Assembly: GCA_963841435.1 (NCBI GenBank)
Contig: CAWJCS010000003.1
Location: forward strand, 992,001 to 1,056,000
Direction: 5' to 3'
Origin: an uncultured delta proteobacterium
GTDB taxonomy: Bacteria; Myxococcota_A; Polyangia; Polyangiales; Polyangiaceae
Length of the DNA: 64,000 nucleotides
The translations under genes and the position numbers were made by a program. Shown one piece after another: positions 61,780 through 64,000 of this stretch. The first letter of the stretch is position 1; the number at the start of each line of letters is the position of its first letter. The notes under the pieces are model-generated. The model ran no database searches. It worked only from the letters and a program-made list of their open reading frames with translations, and was not told the origin of the DNA.

Positions 61780-63170
61780 AGACGCGTGCCCTCATTGCCT
61801 TGCTCGCGCTGGCGCTCGCCGCGGGCTGTTCGAAAAAGACGACTCCGAGCGAGGGCGGGTCGAAGCTCAAGGCGTACGTGCTCAACACCGCACCCGCGCT
61901 GGACCACCCTCTCGACGTCGACTTCGACGGTAAGGTCGAGCTCATCGGGTACAAGGCCCCCTCCTCCACCATCAAGCCGAACCAGAAGGTGAAGCTGACG
62001 CTCTACTGGAGGGTCAAGCAGAAGGTGAGCGGCGACTGGCGCTTGTTCACGCACGTGCTCGACGGCTCCGGCGATCGCGTCCTGAACCTCGACCACCACA
62101 GCGCGATCCGCGCGGGAAAGAGCAAGCCCGCACTGCCACCCTCGGTCTGGATTCCCGGCAAAGTGTACGTTGACGAGCTCACCTTCAAGGTGCCGAAGCG
62201 CGTGAAGACGGACCGCATCCGCGTCGTCGCGGGACTGATGAGCGGCGACATCCGCATGCCGATCGTCAAGGGCCAGAAGGACAGCGAGCACCGCGCCATC
62301 GTGGCCGATCTCAAGTTTCAGCCCTCGATCAAGCGCAGCAGCGCCGTGCCGGACGTTTTCATCGAGAAGCTCGACTCCTCCGTCAAGATCAAGATCGACG
62401 GCAAGCTCGACGAGGACGCCTGGTCGAAGGCGCTCGTGCTCGGCCCGTTCGTCGACGTGAAGACGGGCGACCCGAACAAGACCTTCCCCGTCAACGGCAA
62501 GGGCCGTCTGCTCTGGAACGATCAGGCGCTCTACGTCGGGGTCGAGGTCGAGGAGAAGAACGTCGTCGGCGGCTTCCGCGCGGACGAAAAGGATCCCCAC
62601 CTCTGGACCAAGGATACGATCGAGATCATGATCGATCCCGACTGGGATCGCAAAAACACCGACTATTACGAGATCCAGATCAATCCACAGAACCTCGTGT
62701 TCGACACGCAGTGGGACGACTACAATGCCCCCAAGCCGACGCCGAACGGGCCGTTCGGACACGAGGACTGGTCCGCGGAGCTGAAGAGCGCCGTCGTCGT
62801 CGACGGGACGATCGACAAGAGCGACGACACAGACAAGGGCTACACCGTCGAGGCGATGCTCCCCTGGAAGAGCTTCAGCAAGGCGAAGCAGACGCCGCCA
62901 GCGCTGGGCGACGCGTGGCGCATCAACCTCTACGCCATGCGGGAGAACTCCGGCGTCGCGTGGTCGCCGATCCTCGGCCGCGGCAACTTCCACCGCTCGG
63001 CTCGCTTCGGGCGCGTGCACTTCGTGAAGAAGGGATTCGTCCCGCCGGGCGCGAGCGCGTCGGCGGCCGCGTCGGCTTCGGCGGCGCCGAGCAGCGCACC
63101 ACCGCGCGCGAGCGCCAAGCTGCCCGCGCCAACCGCTCCGAAGCCCGCAAGCTCCGGCGCCATGAAGTAG
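61776..63170 (+). CDS. Lipoprotein with an Ig-like domain and a CBM9-like (DOMON-type) domain
   Basis: AAGC lipobox; IDGKLDEDAW, LLWNDQALYV, DTIEIMIDP, YYEIQINP, YTVEAMLPW, WRINLY. Confidence 0.82.
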   Translation: MKTRALIALLALALAAGCSKKTTPSEGGSKLKAYVLNTAPALDHPLDVDFDGKVELIGYKAPSSTIKPNQKVKLTLYWRVKQKVSGDWRLFTHVLDGSGDRVLNLDHHSAIRAGKSKPALPPSVWIPGKVYVDELTFKVPKRVKTDRIRVVAGLMSGDIRMPIVKGQKDSEHRAIVADLKFQPSIKRSSAVPDVFIEKLDSSVKIKIDGKLDEDAWSKALVLGPFVDVKTGDPNKTFPVNGKGRLLWNDQALYVGVEVEEKNVVGGFRADEKDPHLWTKDTIEIMIDPDWDRKNTDYYEIQINPQNLVFDTQWDDYNAPKPTPNGPFGHEDWSAELKSAVVVDGTIDKSDDTDKGYTVEAMLPWKSFSKAKQTPPALGDAWRINLYAMRENSGVAWSPILGRGNFHRSARFGRVHFVKKGFVPPGASASAAASASAAPSSAPPRASAKLPAPTAPKPASSGAMK

Positions 63171-63230
63171 CGGAGCAGCGGGTCGGGCCAGAACCGGGGG
63201 CACGAAGGGCCCGCCGGGCGCGAAACTCGC

Positions 63231-63656
63231 TCAGCGAAGCTCGTACTTTCGCACCATCTCGCCCTCGACGGTCGTACAGCGCTCGGTGAGCGCGCGCGCC
63301 CGCTCGAGGTCGTCGCTCGCGGCCCTGAGCTTCACGGCCGCGGGCTCCGCGCCGCCGTCGGCGACGATCCGCCGCGCTGCGGAGAGCCCCTCGAGGGCCC
63401 TCACGTGCAGCTCGTAGGCCGAGAGGCAGGTTGCCCGCACGGCACACACGTCCTCGTTCTGGCAGCGCGCATCACGCAGCGATTCGAGTCGCGCGGCCTT
63501 GGCCGGATTGTCGGCGTCGCGCAGGGCGTTGACGGCCCGGCTCACGAGCGCCGCCTCGGAGCGAGCCGCGCCCTCGTGATCGCGGCAGCCCGCGAGCAGA
63601 AGAGCCAAAAAGAGCCCGAGCGGCCAGGGGCCGGATCGAACAGCCGCGCGAGCCAC
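63231..63656 (-). CDS. Hypothetical helical lipoprotein
   Basis: LLAGC lipobox, helical body with Cys pairs. GTG start. Confidence 0.65.
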   Translation of the reverse strand: MARAAVRSGPWPLGLFLALLLAGCRDHEGAARSEAALVSRAVNALRDADNPAKAARLESLRDARCQNEDVCAVRATCLSAYELHVRALEGLSAARRIVADGGAEPAAVKLRAASDDLERARALTERCTTVEGEMVRKYELR

Positions 63657-63670
63657 GACGGCGCTTGGGA

Positions 63671-64000
63671 TCAGTCCGAGGCCTTGGGAGGCGGACCCAT
63701 CTGGACGCGCTCGCCCATGTATGCACCGATCAGCGTGAAGAGCACGCCCAGCGCCGAGAGCAGGACGTACATGAACGCGGGCATCGTCTTCACCGTCTGA
63801 CCCGAATAGAGGATCAGGGCCGTCGGGATCGCGACCAAGAAGACCGCGATCATCGGCTCGATGAACGTGCGCCCGGGCGACACGAGCCCGATCAGCATGC
63901 CGCCGAAGAACCAGACTGGAATCGAGACCAGCATCCCCGCCGAGCCTTCGAAGTCGAGCGCCGGAACGACCATGGGCAGCCCCATGACGAACGCCGCGGT
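63671..64000 (-). CDS. Membrane protein (5' end lies outside the window)
   Basis: Frame open to the window edge; three hydrophobic helices (GLVSPGRTFIEP). Confidence 0.7.
   Translation of the reverse strand, partial: TAAFVMGLPMVVPALDFEGSAGMLVSIPVWFFGGMLIGLVSPGRTFIEPMIAVFLVAIPTALILYSGQTVKTMPAFMYVLLSALGVLFTLIGAYMGERVQMGPPPKASD

Overview
High-GC (~70%) bacterial chromosomal segment. The gene content points to a myxobacterium, probably Polyangiaceae/Sorangiineae: fibro-slime, MYXO-CTERM, many Gly/Ser-linker lipoproteins and an RpoH-type sigma factor. About 55 CDSs are supportable. Housekeeping genes: priA, lysC, msrPQ, pheT, pilD, PMM/PGM, prmC, metF, mpl, rsmI, ffh. Accessory loci: (i) an isolated fliO-fliP/sctR pair next to a gldA/F/G-like ABC + DUF4340 operon; (ii) a ~2.9 kb lower-GC island with two trypsin-like lipoprotein proteases; (iii) a GAF / atypical Clp ATPase / FAD-oxidoreductase run; (iv) a complete eboABCDEF set split into converging parts and interleaved with an esterase lipoprotein and a GH12-like lipoprotein lacking its catalytic nucleophile. 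Other notable items: a probably inactive L,D-transpeptidase homologue, an in-frame TGA in a lytic transglycosylase, four single-base frameshifts (probably assembly errors), an 18-bp coding tandem repeat in the sigma factor, a duplicated hairpin element, and a recurring extended -10 motif just upstream of start codons that suggests leaderless or short-leader transcription. No rRNA, tRNA, CRISPR array, transposase or integrase was seen. All family assignments come from reading motifs by eye, not from database searches.
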